Below the pieces are notes generated by a model. It worked only from the letters and a program-made list of their open reading frames with translations, ran no database searches and was not told the origin of the DNA. The translations under genes and the position numbers were made by a program. 64,000 nucleotides of DNA from Candidatus Omnitrophota bacterium (lineage in GTDB: Bacteria; Omnitrophota; Gorgyraeia; Zapsychrales; Zapsychraceae), in the NCBI GenBank assembly GCA_021108075.1, contig JAIORP010000206.1:831-64830 (forward strand), in the 5' to 3' direction. Positions 24,701 to 39,700 of this stretch are shown here, in pieces. The stretch's first letter is position 1. Every line of letters starts with the position of its first letter.

Positions 24701-27700
24701 TGCTCCAGTAGTAATGGTTCAACTTATTCTCGTAGCCTAACAGGTCGTCATTATCTAAACGTTCAGCTAATTCTTTCGGGATGGCATCAACGGATGTTTT
24801 ACCAAATCCGAATGAATCAGCAACCTCAATATGCTCATAAGAAACGCCTTCTTCTTTTAAGAGGTTAAATATCCTTGATTCAAAAACAATCGCTTTACGG
24901 TCATAATCGGTAACACTCAAAACGGCCACGTCTTTTTCACCAAATTGCGTCGCTGTGTCAGGAGAGCAGAACCAGCCGGATTCCTGCAATTTCTCCGCTT
25001 GATTAAGATAAGACGCTGTCACCATCGAAGATGTCGCGATGTATAAGGCGCGGATCAATTCCTGGGCCGGGTTAGAACCGCTGAATTCACCAAGATCGCG
25101 GCTGTTGATAGTCAGGCGAACGTCACCCTGCGTTGGAATGTCATAAGTTGCCTTGTTATGATCCCACGGGATATAACTCAAGTTCGGCGGATATCTTAAG
25201 ACATCGGCAGGATAGACGACCGTCGGAACATTTTCTTCTTTAATGCCTGAAATGTACGCGTCGGATAAGAAATAAGCGACTTGCCGGGCGACAGAAGCGA
25301 TATTGAGATCAAGCGGGCATGTCAGATCCACACGTCCGACATAAACTTGCTGGCTTAACTCAAAAATCAGCTTCAATCCTTTTTGCAGGAATGTGTCATC
25401 CAGTTGATTTTCTTTAATAAAATCCAATTGATTAACTCTTTGGGCATAGGTCGCCAGGATGATAATGTGCGAGACCAGAATGTCGCCTAAGAAGGCCGAA
25501 CTGATATAATTATAAACTTGAGCAACATCGTTATTGGTCATGCGCAACAATTGGCCGATACGTGAATCAAAAATTTGACGGCGGTCTTTACGTAAAATCA
25601 ATTCATCGATAAAGTAAACCTTGGCTAAGTCGGCCATACCCGTCAGGCGCATGTTTGGATAAAGGCTGGCCGCGGTCACGTCGCGGATAGTCCCTGTTGA
25701 AGGTCTGTTAACGCGGCGAGGATCAACTTCCACCATCCAATCCCAGGCGCGCTCATCTCTCATTTCATGGAAGAGTTCAATCATTTCCGTATCAAACAGG
25801 CCGTGTTGTGCCATAACCAGGCGGTCATTGATATTGACCTGCAGGGCCTTCAGGAATGTCTCCCGCTTCAAGCTCGGATCATTTAAATAGGTGTAATAAG
25901 GATTCCATGCGGTATCGAATGCTCCGATTTCTTCCGTGGCTTGCTTCAGGTCAACTTCATACATCATAAAGATATAATATCCATCAATGAGTTTAACGGT
26001 TAAGTCCCCTTTTTGTGTCTTTAATGATTCCATGACCTCGACCATCGATGGCGGCATGCCCTCCCGGGATATCTTACCGAGTTTGATGCGTCCGGTTGGA
26101 TAATAACCCTGCAAGGCCCATTCTTGTGATGTTTTCTTGGCCTTGATGTATTGCATCATATTAAATTCATCCGCTAAGTCGCTAAAGGATTCATTCTCTT
26201 TGTTTATTTTAGCCATATAAATTTTATCTTCCGACCGGAATTCCAACGTGCGTCCATAGGCCTTTTTCTCAAAGGACGCGACCATCACAACCTGATCACT
26301 TTCTTGCTCCACGAGGACAGATTCGTCATACCTGTTTCTTACCATAATATATCCCGGGATTTGATCAATATCCGCGTCTGTCCATTCTTCTTTCTTCGGC
26401 AAGTCCGATGGCTTATGGACAATGACCGCCGGGACCTGTTTAAATAAATCATGCATGATGTCCTGGTAGTTATGAGAAGCTTGTCCGTCCCGGTAAATCT
26501 CAAATATCTTTAGGATCAATGACTTAACGCCCTGACGGTATTCGGAAATAACGGTCTTAATCTTTGCCGCAATCCCGTCAGTCACGTCTCCGACGAATGA
26601 CAACGCTTTTGACTTCATGGAAACAAATGACGCTTCGATAATATCCTGTCGGGTCCTGGCATGATAAAGCAGGATATGGTCAATGGTCTCTACCATAAAT
26701 TGTAATAAGGCTTCGTATGCTTCCATATTGTTCTCTTCATATTTGCGAACCAGCTCATCCAGGCCATAGACATGCAGGTTAATACCGACACCGGAAATGT
26801 CTTCATATAGCCGTATAATCATTCTGTCATCACCCTTTGATTGAGATGTGACGCGGAATGTCGTGTCTTCGAGGCCATCACGCATGAGTTCTGCTGAATG
26901 GCTGAACAGCTGTGTCAACTGATACCAGCGCTGGTCATCGAATAAATGATGCTTGCTGCCTTCTAAAATAAATTTCTTAATCGATCCGACGCTTAACGGA
27001 TAGTCAAAATAACGGCCGGAGTTATAAGCCTTTACAGACTCTTCGGGAATAATATTTTCTTCGGTGTCGAATTCATTAATTTTTTCCTGTCGTCCGGTAT
27101 AACGCGCGTGTAACTCAATCTGACCCGCGCTTATAATGATGAGGTTCAACTGGCTGAAACCGTTTAAGACGTGAATATGTCCTAACACAGTCGGTGTTAA
27201 GACTTCAAGAGGAATGGTCATGCGGTATCTGAAAATGAACGACCGTAAACTTTCGAGGTAGGCCGCTCTGCTCGCCTTCAATGTTTCCGTGTCTGGCAGA
27301 TTGGCTTGTTCATTGAGTGAATGATAATTGCTCTTTAAGCTTCTCACATTCATTAACATTTCGGCATCGACTTTCAGAGAGCTGGTGACGATATAATCCG
27401 CGACCTTTTCTAACGTCGAAATATTTTTCACTTCCGAAACGATTTCCTGGACTTGAATGTCAGAAGCACGGTACATCTCAACAATCATTCTGATCAGATC
27501 GGTGTTCAATCCGCGGGCCTGATAATCCGCTGATATCTCTGTTTGATGGATTTGAAGACGAATACCCTGCGCTAAAGTAACAACAGAAACTCGCTTAAAG
27601 CCGACGTCCTGCCCTATATCCATTCTGTATATTTTCGGCTCATCTTCCTGGCTCACGTTTAAGACGTATTCATTGCCGTCCTTATCTGTTACGTGTTGAC

Positions 27701-30700
27701 CGGTCAGATTTAACAAAATTTCTTCTTCGTAAGAGAGCTTGAATTTGTTTTCGATCTCATGTAATAACGGCAATTCATATTGTCGAAAAATTTGTTCTTC
27801 AAGGTCATACAATGCCTTGACTTCAAATCGGACACGCATGCGCTTAAATTGTTCAGCGAAGGAGCGCGGGTTGCCAAACCTCGCTTGTTGATAATATTCT
27901 TCAGCGCTGACGTCAACGTTCATATCAGCGCGCCAATCTTCTAATCCTGCGTCGATATTATTTAAGTCAACCGGAATGCTTGTATGAACCCAGTTATCCG
28001 TGATTTCCAAATTCTCTTTAACAGACATGCTTGATAACGCCTTCTCTCCCATGACCAAACCATTAATAATGGAACGGAAAACAACCGATCCCCGCGCGAT
28101 CTTCGCGGCAGCTAACGTGCTGTCAATGATAACCGCGCCTTCAATGTCATTCTTTCCATAGATCGTGGTGTTAATAATCGTGCTGTTGCGGATTGAACCG
28201 TCTTGCGGAACATCAGAATTAACCAGACGGTTGCCAAATTGATCCGGCTGAACATCTTCGATATAAGCGAGTATACGGGCGAATTCCCCTTCATTGCTAT
28301 CTTCATTAACAAGATAATACGTATCACGCGCTTTGGTCAATTGACCAATTTCACCCCAGAACAATTCATGACCAAAATCAATAACTTTGATATTCATTGG
28401 ATGACCCCGTACAATTTCTATGCGGCGTTTAAGTTCCTGAACGTGTTCATAGAAGCGTGGATAGTCGGCTAAGAATTTACGCAATTTCTCATCGCGTTCA
28501 ATCTCTTCTTGCCATTGTGTTTTGTCATGCGTCATGGCCTCAAAGAGATAGCCATCGACATCAATCATGCCTGGAAGGTCACCAAAAATCTCTTCCGCAA
28601 TATCGAGGAACAGATACGAGAAGGCCGGATTACCGATATGGACCAACGACTTAACCTCTTGCCCTTTATCTTCAATACCAAAGCGGCGTAATAACTCCGA
28701 TCGGCTGCGCCGGCGGACTTGCATTCTCAAGTCTCCGGTCGCATCGTCGCGGAACAACCATTCTTTGTTTTCGGCAAGGTCATCCGTAACCGTGACAAGG
28801 CTTCCGAAACGGACAGCATCTGTTTCGCTTAAGTCCATGTCTAGTTCCGATAAAAGATTAGACGCAATTTGAACTTCGTCACCCCACTTCCAGGCTAAAC
28901 CGCGGAATCCCATGCGTCTTAAATGGTAAGCGACCAGATGCCACACATACGGTGAAGCGGTTGCGCCGGATAACCAGCGTCGATCTTTACCTGTTCGCAT
29001 TAAGATCTTCAAGAACGGTTTGATTCCAAAGACGCGTTGGGTTAACGGACTCATACGGGTTCCGGAACCTGGCAACATCGCGCCAACCGACACGCTGTTA
29101 CGGTCAAAGTCACCGTAACGTTGTTTCCAGTCGCGGTAGGCATCCAATAATCCGAGGAATTGTCCGCGTCGTCCGACTTCCGGATAAGCCATGATGCGAA
29201 CGCGTTCGTCTGCGCGCAGTAAACTTTTTGTCTTGATCGCGAAGTCTTCTTCAACACTGACTTCGTCCCCGCCGCTGGTGATCGCGATCAGCTCATGAAC
29301 ACCTAGTGATTCCTTAACAATCATGCGTAATTCTTTTATGTTGGCGATCAGATTTCTCAAGGCCTTGCGTGTTGTTCCTCTAGGCCCTTGACCATCTGAG
29401 GCCTTTGCTTCTTCGTCTTCAGGTAACGCGATCGGTCTGCGGCTAACCTTGGCCATTTCTATTGCGATCACGCTGTCGGTAATTGGTAATACGCCTGATT
29501 GAACCAGATAAGATTGAAGTTTAGCGGTTCTGCTGGCGATCATACCGATCACGTTCAATAGACGGTAAAGGGCATAAACGAATAAATTGATAAAACCACG
29601 TTTATCTGACGCCATCTCTGGCTTGTACAGCAGGATATAACCCATCATTTCGTAGAAGGTCCACGTATTTCCGAATGAGGTGACCGCGTTATGTTTAACC
29701 GGCATAACGTAGACACCGAATGGCGAAAAGATCACGGTATGGGCGATGTCTTGTTCTTGTAAGGCTTTGATATACGAGGAAACTTGTTCCGCTAAGGCTT
29801 CAAGGTCATCGCGGGTTGAAAAATAATATCCTTGAGCCGGCCAATCGCGGAGCATTGAGATACGAACACTACCGCGTGTTTCTATCAACTCTTTATGTGC
29901 CCGTTCTAATGGTGATTTATCTTCTGGCAAATACATCCCGTGCAAGTGCAAGTCATGAATGGAAGCACCGGCAGCCAAACTGTTAAATGTGAGTCTGAAC
30001 CGGCCCGTTGTGTTTTGGGCCACCCAGCGAATGGCTCGTATGATATCTTGCGGCCGCAATACTTGATCCACAACATTTTCAAATCCGTCCATAAGAAGAA
30101 GGAAGTGACGTAAGGCATACGGATATTTTTGTTCCAGCAGATCAACCTTTTCGCTATCAATCTCACCGCGGTAGAAAAATTCTTTTTCATCCTGAATAAC
30201 AGCCGGATAGGTTGGGTCACCTTCTCTTCTCGGTTGCGTGACGCTTTCATAGGACCGTGCCGGCATTGGCCGTTTGGTTCTCCATGGAGTCAAGACGCGT
30301 TTAAATCGTCCCGCTCTTGACATCGACGGCACGCGTGTCGGCGGCAGAAGTTCTTCAATCATTTTCTCCAAGGTCCCCATGCCAACGGTTACGATCTTTC
30401 TTAACGCGACCTTAATACCGTATTCATCCCGGCTGACTTCAACCTTAACGTTCTCTAATACATTCAGGCCTTTACTTGTTTCTTCGACTAATCCATCAAG
30501 TTCTTGAGCCTTGAATGTTTCGTCACTATTATTTGTAATATAAACTTTTCCGCGAACTTCCGCCCGGCTCAGGTCGATTGAACCTTTAGATGTCACATCG
30601 GAATATAGTTTCGATGATGATTCTGAGGCGGCCCGTGTGGTCACGCGGGAGGCATCCGTTTCCGGAGCGAAGTTTCCGGACGGTGTTTTTACATCGACAC

Positions 30701-33700
30701 GGCTTTCTTTTTCATCATTCATTATCGGCCGTGTCTTTTGTGACATTTTCAGCCCGGCACTGCTGATCTTAGCCCTTACCGCCTTAAAAATGTTCCGCAA
30801 GGCTTGCATTCCGGAAGCCTGCACGGCAAAGATAGACTTAATCTTCGCGTCCATTTCAAAGTAGGTTGCGACTGTGCGTCTGTCCGCTTCAGCATGAGAA
30901 CCGGTTGTCAGCTCGCTGACTTCGTGGAAGGCGATGACTTCATAAGCGCCTTTGCGTTCTTGTTCTGTCCGGAAGGTTCGATTAAATCTCTGATAAACTT
31001 TCTTGGATGAGAAGTAGATCACAAGGGTCTGACGGCCTTCAATGGTTTCAAGTCTGGCCCAGATAAATCCTTCCGGCGGGGCATGCGCTACAGGCGTGTT
31101 GAAGTATTTGACTTGAACGGGGATGTTTGTTCCACGATGATTAATATCGTTATATCGCGTTACAAATTCAACGCGCAGGGCATTATCCGCTAATGCATTC
31201 AACCCAGACTCAAGCGTTTTTCCGATATTACCCATGTAACCGACAGCCTCAGGAGAAGCAATCTCCGTTCGGCCGTCAACCGTGTAAGCCTTGACGATCT
31301 CATAGAATTCTTTCAACGCTTCAATGTCTCCGGTCTGACTGGCTGTCGTGGTGATACTTACAAATCGGTCCCAATCTTCCGAGTTATTTAGGGCAATGAC
31401 GTCTAAATATGTTTCGCGGATAAATTCTTTTGTGTCCCGATCATACAACAATACGCCCATCGTCGCGACCTGGATATACTTATCCAAACCAGTCGCCGCC
31501 TGCAACCGGTCCGGTGTCGTGAGAATGACCTCCGCATCAGCAGGCGTAATATAACTTTCGTGATCCTCAACATTGTCCACTAACTCCCGCAAGAATTTAT
31601 TGTTGTCTATTTCTTCCTGTGTCCGTCTCGCGTGTGGGTGGGTTAAACCGATTAATGTTCCGTCATCCACTTTGTTGAGCTTGACGATGCGCGCAAACTC
31701 GCCATTGAAGATTGATGCTGAATGATCTGTTCCAACCTGGCCAATTTCCAACGGCACATTGTAACGGACAACAACATCTAAATGATTAGCCGTGTTTTCT
31801 TGTTGTAAAATTCTGTCGACCAATGGAATGCTGTCATCCTGGAACTTCACGCGTTCGCTTTCCGGTAAATACTCGATCAAGTCTTTTTGCAGGATCAGCT
31901 GGGATTCCGGAATAAAATTGTAGGTTAAATTGTTCATGCCCGCATCCGCTTCTGAAATCTTGGATATGACTTGAACGCCGACTTCACGCGTGTCTTCTCT
32001 GGCTGCCAGGTAAACATTTGTTCGGTGATACGCGCTATGAACCATATCATCCAATAAAACCTTACGGACACGGTCGTTCCAGCTTTTACCGGCAGGATCG
32101 ACTTGACCAATACCGGCTGATTCTCTAATTCCAAGAACTTTTGGAACTGCGACTTTATTAAAATGGGTTGGGTTATCGCCGTACAGAATACCTAAAGCCT
32201 CTACCATCAGCGATGTGCCTTGAATAAAATCGGTGAAACGTTGTCTGGCTTCGGTCACAGGATAAGTATCACTGTTTTCACGTTCAACTTTGAGACTTTC
32301 GTTTAATTGCTGAATGGCCCTGAGATGGGCTTCTCCATTCTTGAAGATGGATTTGATTCTAGCGTCCCGTTTTGGAAAAGCTTGTCGCGTGCGTTGATCA
32401 GCTTCTTCGTGACGGCCTGTATTCATCTCGATGGTTTCATGAAATACGATTGCTTCTAAAGCTGATTTTTGTTTTTCTTCTGTCTTAAACGTTCTTAAGA
32501 ATTTCTTGTACAGGGCTTTTGATGAGAAATAAATCGTTACTGCGTGTTGGTTACCGTCTGATTCAAATTCCGCCCAAATAAAGCCTTCCGGCGGAGCTTT
32601 ATCAAAACTTGTCTTGAAGTATTTAACTCGAACCGGTCTATTCGCATCAACGAAAAATGAAATGATGTTGGAATATTCTTTTACGAGTTTAACGCTGCCT
32701 GGATCTTTTGCTGTAGATTTAAGTTTGCTTTCAAGGTCCTGTGGAATATTACCCATGTAACCGACAGCCTCAGGAGAAGCAATCTCCGTTCGGCCGTCAA
32801 CCGTGTAAGCCTTGACGATCTCATAGAATTCTTTCAACGCTTCAATGTCTCCGGTCTGACTGGCTGTCGTGGTGATACTTACAAATCGGTCCCAATCTTC
32901 CGAGTTATTTAGGGCAATGACGTCTAAATATGTTTCGCGGATAAATTCTTTTGTGTCCCGATCATACAACAATACGCCCATCGTCGCGACCTGGATATAC
33001 TTATCCAAACCAGTCGCCGCCTGCAACCGGTCCGGTGTCGTGAGAATGACCTCCGCATCAGCAGGCGTAATATAACTTTCGTGATCCTCAACATTGTCCA
33101 CTAACTCCCGCAAGAATTTATTGTTGTCTATTTCTTCCTGTGTCCGTCTCGCGTGTGGGTGGGTTAAACCGATTAATGTTCCGTCATCCACTTTGTTGAG
33201 CTTGACGATGCGCGCAAACTCGCCATTGAAGATTGATGCTGAATGATCTGTTCCAACCTGGCCAATTTCCAACGGCACATTGTAACGGACAACAACATCT
33301 AAATGATTAGCCGTGTTTTCTTGTTGTAAAATTCTGTCGACCAATGGAATGCTGTCATCCTGGAACTTCACGCGTTCGCTTTCCGGTAAATACTCGATCA
33401 AGTCTTTTTGCAGGATCAGCTGGGATTCCGGAATAAAATTGTAGGTTAAATTGTTCATGCCCGCATCCGCTTCTGAAATCTTGGATATGACTTGAACGCC
33501 GACTTCACGCGTGTCTTCTCTGGCTGCCAGGTAAACATTTGTTCGGTGATACGCGCTATGAACCATATCATCCAATAAAACCTTACGGACACGGTCGTTC
33601 CAGCTTTTACCGGCAGGATCGACTTGACCAATACCGGCTGATTCTCTAATTCCAAGAACTTTTGGAACTGCGACTTTATTAAAATGGGTTGGGTTATCGC

Positions 33701-36700
33701 CGTACAGAATACCTAAAGCCTCTACCATCAGCGATGTGCCTTGAATAAAATCGGTGAAACGTTGTCTGGCTTCGGTCACAGGATAAGTATCACTGTTTTC
33801 ACGTTCAACTTTGAGACTTTCGTTTAATTGCTGAATGGCCCTGAGATGGGCTTCTCCATTCTTGAAGATGGATTTGATTCTAGCGTCCCGTTTTGGAAAA
33901 GCTTGTCGCGTGCGTTGATCAGCTTCTTCGTGACGGCCTGTATTCATTTCAATAATTTCATGGAAGGCAATAACTTCATAGGCATCTTTTTGCTTTTGAT
34001 CTGTTCTAAATGTTTTTAAAAACTTCTTGTACAGGGCTTTTGATGAAAAATAAATAACGAATGGTTTTTGGTCATTAATGGATTCAATCCGTGCCCAAAT
34101 GAAACCTTCCGGTGGAGCTCGGCTTAATGTTTTTGTGAAATATTTAACTCTAATCGGAGAGTCGATTAAGAATGGAATGGTCTCCGTAATTTCTCTAACT
34201 TGTTTGACATTGCGTGCATCATTCGCATACTCGCGTATCTCTTCGACTGTCGATTGGCCAATATTACCCATATATCCCACCTTAATCGTATCATCAGATC
34301 TTCTGTCTCTTGTTGTGTCTTTCGCCTTCTTCACCGCAGCTTTGACGGAAGACAATCTTTTTTCCGGCAATGATATGGACATTTCAATTTTTGTGCCTTG
34401 CTCGGCATCCGGGGTCGTTTCTGTTTCCGCTTTGACGCGGGCCATTTCTTCGTCTAACAATTCATCAACCGGTTTTTGTCGAACAGCTGTTGGCGCCAAT
34501 TCACCGTTTCTCATCACAAACGCGGCTAACCCTAAACGGCGCATGGTGTAGGCCATATTGAACTGAATGTCTTCGACCAATTCTTTCGTATTGGCCCGCA
34601 TGGTTACATACGCGCGTTGATCTGTGAATAATGTGAATAAATGTCCGGCAACTTCATCCAGGGATTTAATTTGATAGCTTAATTCATCTACCGGCCGAAT
34701 AAGCTCTTTGCTGATTGCGCGTGGAACGACCTTTCCTTGCCTTTCAATCTCGTCAACAACGTTAACCAGATACCCTGTTTCGCCATGCTGGATTTGCCGC
34801 CCTATTCCACCAACGTTGTAAGCAATCACCGGAACGCCCTTATCGATCGATTCAGAAACTTTAATTTCGTAACCTTCAGCTAATGATAATTGTAAGGCCA
34901 CACTTGAGCGTCTTAAAATCGCGTTCAAGACGTGGTCGTTATGTGGTAAGCGGGCAACCTTCACGTCTTGAGCGAATTCAGATGGATATAAACTTTGAAT
35001 ACGGTCTAAAGTATCGATATACAGTTTCATCCCGTCGGTATCATCAACAGCGCCATGACCGGCTAAGATGAGCTGCGGCAGTATTGCGGCCGTTATATCG
35101 TTTTCCTTAATATATGATTTCATCATGACCCAGAAGCGGTAATAAGCTTCAATCACGCCAGGAATGTTCTTGGATGGATCCATACGCGCGACTTGAATGA
35201 TGCTTGGACGATTAAGATCTAAGGCGGTCATCAATTCCGGATTGATGCTGATTTGTCTTTGAGTGAACCATTCTCGCATCTCATCCTGGTGTTCTGCTAT
35301 ATAGCGGGCGATCACGCCTGACTCTGTCGCTGTTCCGGCTTCATGGGCCAGGAAGAAATTGAAGCGGGCTAATGCGTCAGCGGTTGTTTCCGTTGAATGC
35401 TCCGTGTTCAAGTCATCGACACGGTCTGTTGACGGGTTCATAATGACTGTCGGTTTATCGGCGATAACATTTTCAGGAACAGATTCTTCGATTGGATCTG
35501 TTGGCTGAATGATAACGACGTGCGCGTATTTCTTAATGGTTTGCCACAAGAAATCCCAGTTAGTTCGCGCCACGGTGCCTTCGCTCATATCCGCCTCGAA
35601 ATGGATGTGTGAACGATAGATCCACCTGACCGTCTTGCCGTATTTGTCCGCCATAGCCTGAATGTATGGCATCATTCCGGAGGGCTGATAGTCATGGTTG
35701 AAAATTACGATTTGATCTTTCGCTTTAGCGATAGCCGATTCTAATCTGGCAGCGTTGACCCTCCAATTTTCTCTTAAAAGCGCTTTGTCTTCCTCTGTTA
35801 ACGCTCGCACCAACCGGCCCTGGAATGTGTTGTGGAAACTGTTCTTTGTGATGTTAAAGACTTTTTCATTACCTGTCATCACAAACCAGTGGGCATCTAA
35901 TCCTAAGGCAAAACGAATGAGTCTTTGGAAGGCATGCAGCATTAAAGCCACTCCTCCTCCTTGAGCGGTTGAATTAATATCAAAAATCGTCACATCTTTT
36001 AATTCTCTTGCCCAGGAGAGGATGTTCTTCCAAATGCTCGCTGATGTTGTTTGCTCATAGCGGGCTTTGGACATCAACGGTGTGACAATGACTTCTTCTG
36101 TTTCTTTGTGTGTTCTGACTTTATAAACATCAAATGGCCCTTCTGTTTTGTAATGGCTAGCCACCCAGCGGGCTGTAACTTGAGATTGTCGGGCATTGGC
36201 GGTCATGTTACCGGCCATCATGGCGAGGACGATGTCTTGCTCTGGCAGCGTTTCAAGATCAGCCGCTTGCGCTCTCAACCAGAACAAATCAAATCCTGTA
36301 TCATATCTTAAGAACGTTCCTAACTCTGTTGCCACTTCCTCATTCAATCCAATAATCGCAGTGCTTGTGATCCGTACGTTTTGTCTCTGCGCTAAGATCC
36401 TTAACGCCTTTGCAATCGCTTGCGTATATGCTGTGATGTCCTCTTGCGCTTTTGGCGCGGCAATGGTGCTTGCCCGGCCGTCTGTTAAGGCAACGTAAAT
36501 ACCGTCTTTGACAACATTGATACCCGCGTGTGTTGTTGGGCGGACCGTGTCTGTTGTGGCCTGCAACGCCGGGCGGATGGACCAAATTCCGCCGATCAAT
36601 ATGATGGCGACAACCGTTATGACAACACCTGCGACAATCGTAACACTGATCCAGGGAGCGGCTGTTGCGGCTGTAACCATTGTCGCTGTCTGCGCTGTGC

Positions 36701-39700
36701 CGGCAGCCTTCACGGTCGACGCGGTCAAGGTCAACATCACCAAAAGAATGCTGAATAATCCGCGTTTTGCACCTTTGCGTCCTTTTTGTCTGTCCGAAGA
36801 TGTCTTGATTGTCGCGCTGTCTCTTCTTCCGCCCTTATCTCCGTTATCATCGTCTTGATCGTTTTTGATTTGTGTCTGATCAATAACTTCGACTTTAAGT
36901 CCTTGATATTCTTGTCCGAATAATGTTCTAAAGAAATCCGCGTGGTAAGCGCCGACAATAAACCGGACTGATTTACCTGATTGAACAGCGCGCGCAACGA
37001 TTTGTTTAATATTTTCTTGCGCCATTTGCATGCGCCATTCAATAATAATATCTTTAACAATATAGTGAACAGCCGCTTCAGATGTTGGATGATCAATAAA
37101 TGATCGAATCATCCCGACGCGTGGTTGTTGGCCTTCTGGAAGTTCTTCTGTCATGCGGGTCAACTCAATGGCCAGGGCCCTTAAAACCTCCGTCCAATTG
37201 GACATGAAGTTTGTCCAGGTTAATAACGTCCAGGGCGACTGATTAACAACATCGACTAATTTTCTTTCTGAACGGCGAGATATATATGTATTAAATTGAC
37301 GGTACAGTTGACGAGTAGAGGCTGTTAATTTCTGGTCATTAATAGCGTTCCAAGCCGACCTGAATGTCGTGTTCGTGCGGGCGTAAATCACTAATTGTTT
37401 GATGACGTCGTTTAAGACTCGCGTTTCTTGATGTGCCAGGAGTCCGTAGCGGCTTAAGACATAGCTTAAGACAACCGCTAACTCATCTTCAATGCCGTAG
37501 ACCTGACCTTTAGACTGGTAACCGAAAAGCAGCTCAACGATGGCTTCAACGGATTGCTGATTATGAACGACGTTCTCCATACCCACGACAATGTCGCCTT
37601 CATTCGCGCGTTGAACATATTGTTTCAAGAATGGCTGATAGCTTTCAGATGAATGGTCCACTGCGAAAACTTTGATGTCCGGTTGTTGTGGAATAAGGTC
37701 TGGATGAGCGTATTGAAGAACAGACGCTAATAACTCAGCAGAAATGGTTGCTGTTGCCTGAACGTTTATGTCTGTTAAGCCTAATCGTTGTTGAATCAGC
37801 TTCACATATAATTTTTCATAATTAGCCGCCATATTCTCTAATGTGTACAGGCTTAACACGCGTTGCCGGCCTGCGCGGCCCATCAATGCTCTTGTTGGCT
37901 CATCCCTGGCCAGTCTGACAATTGCTTTTGCTAACTCATCAGCTGATTTTGGTGCAACGAGTACGCCGGCTTCTGTTCCTAATGTTTCAGGGATGCCGCC
38001 GACATGGCTGGCAACGATTGCTTTTTCAGCTACCATGGCTTCCAGCATACTTAACCCTTGACCTTCAGAAATGGATGGCAATGTAAAAATGTCCATCATC
38101 GAAACAGCTTCAGCGACATATTTATGTGGAATGACGCCTGGCAGGATAAAAATCCCTTCCAGGCTCATTGCTTTGATTTCCTGTTCCAGACTTTCACGTT
38201 CTTCACCTTCTCCGATGAGAACAAAACGGGCGTTTGGCATTTGTTCATAAATTTGCTTGGCCGCGCGGACGAAATATTTCTGGCCTTTAACAGCATGTAA
38301 ACGAGCCAATGAACCGATAACAAACTTACCGTCAAATTCTTTTGCTAACGCGCGAAGCGTCGGATGCGTCACGTGTGTAATCGGTGTTTCGAATAGTTTA
38401 ACATTAATACCGTTTGGAATAATTTCGATCTTACGTTTGGCAATGCCTGTTTTGATGTGTGCGGCTTTTTCTTCCGCACTTAAAGCGACTAAGGCATCAT
38501 CGACCAATCGAATTCCCCATGTGGTTGAATGATAGCCAACCAAGCCGCGAATAACGCTGGACCATTTATTGATATCCGGCATCGAGTGATAGGTTGTGAC
38601 CACAACGGGAATACCGACTAAGTATTTAGCAATTATTTTTTTCACCAGGACTTTCAATCCACCGGTCAAATGAACGTGCAGAACATCCGGATCAATTTGT
38701 TTATAAAGTTTGTATTCGCTATATGTGCTTAACGCAGCTCTTTTTAGTTTATTCAGGAGCGATAAAATTTTTGCCGTCTTAGCCGCATATTTTGAATAGA
38801 ATTTACGTGGCAGCTTATACATCGGTTTAATAACAAATTTAACTCCGTGTTCTTTAGCGGTTCGAATGTCGTTATCATATTTTTCTTCCGTGTTTCTTGA
38901 TACGGTATAACAAGAATAAATGTTATTGTTTGTATGTGTCATCAGGTCCAAGGCCATCTTTTCAGCCCCACCACGGCTAAAGCTTCCGATGAGATGCAGC
39001 ACGCGAACGCGTCGGCTTTGTGAAGCAAGCTCCGCCTTCTTCTTCTTTAAGTGTGTGCGGACCGCCAACCATTGTCTGAAGGCTAAGATCGATAAAATGC
39101 CAAGTCCGGCAAGGACAAAGTATGGGGCGATCGCAATAACCGTTGATATTGTTAACCATGGTGTTGCCGCTGCCGTGACCATTGTTGTTTGCGCTGTTCC
39201 GGCCGCTTTGACAATGGCTGGGATGACAATCATTAACGCCGCCAGCGATACGATCTTTGTTGTCCGGCTCAAGCGGTCTGATTTTTTGATAACAGTATCC
39301 GTCTTATCCATTTCAGCCCGGATGTCTCTGAAGATGCGAACGAGAAAGACGACCAGGGCCGCTAACGCAATCACAATGCCGGCGGTTACAGCGATTGTTA
39401 TCCAGGGAGCCGCTGTTGCGGTTGTAACCATCACGGCTGTCTGTGCTGTCTCAGCTTCCTGTGTAATGGATGCGATCACGCCCAGGGCAATTGTCGGAAT
39501 ATAAATCAATTTCATGGTCAACAGGTATATCTTGATGAACACTTTTTTCACGCCATTCTTTTTAACAACACCTGTTGCTCCGCGATCATCGCCTTTGCCA
39601 AAGGCTCTTGTTATTACGGCTTGATACGGAGCCAGTGTGATGACGATATCTTTTTGGTTTAATCTTTCGCCGGTTAATTCCATGGATTTAACAAAATCTT

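Noticed and set aside
31225-33947. Insertion sequence or composite transposon
   Set aside because: No transposase motif, terminal inverted repeats or target duplication was seen, and the repeat is part of the open frame.
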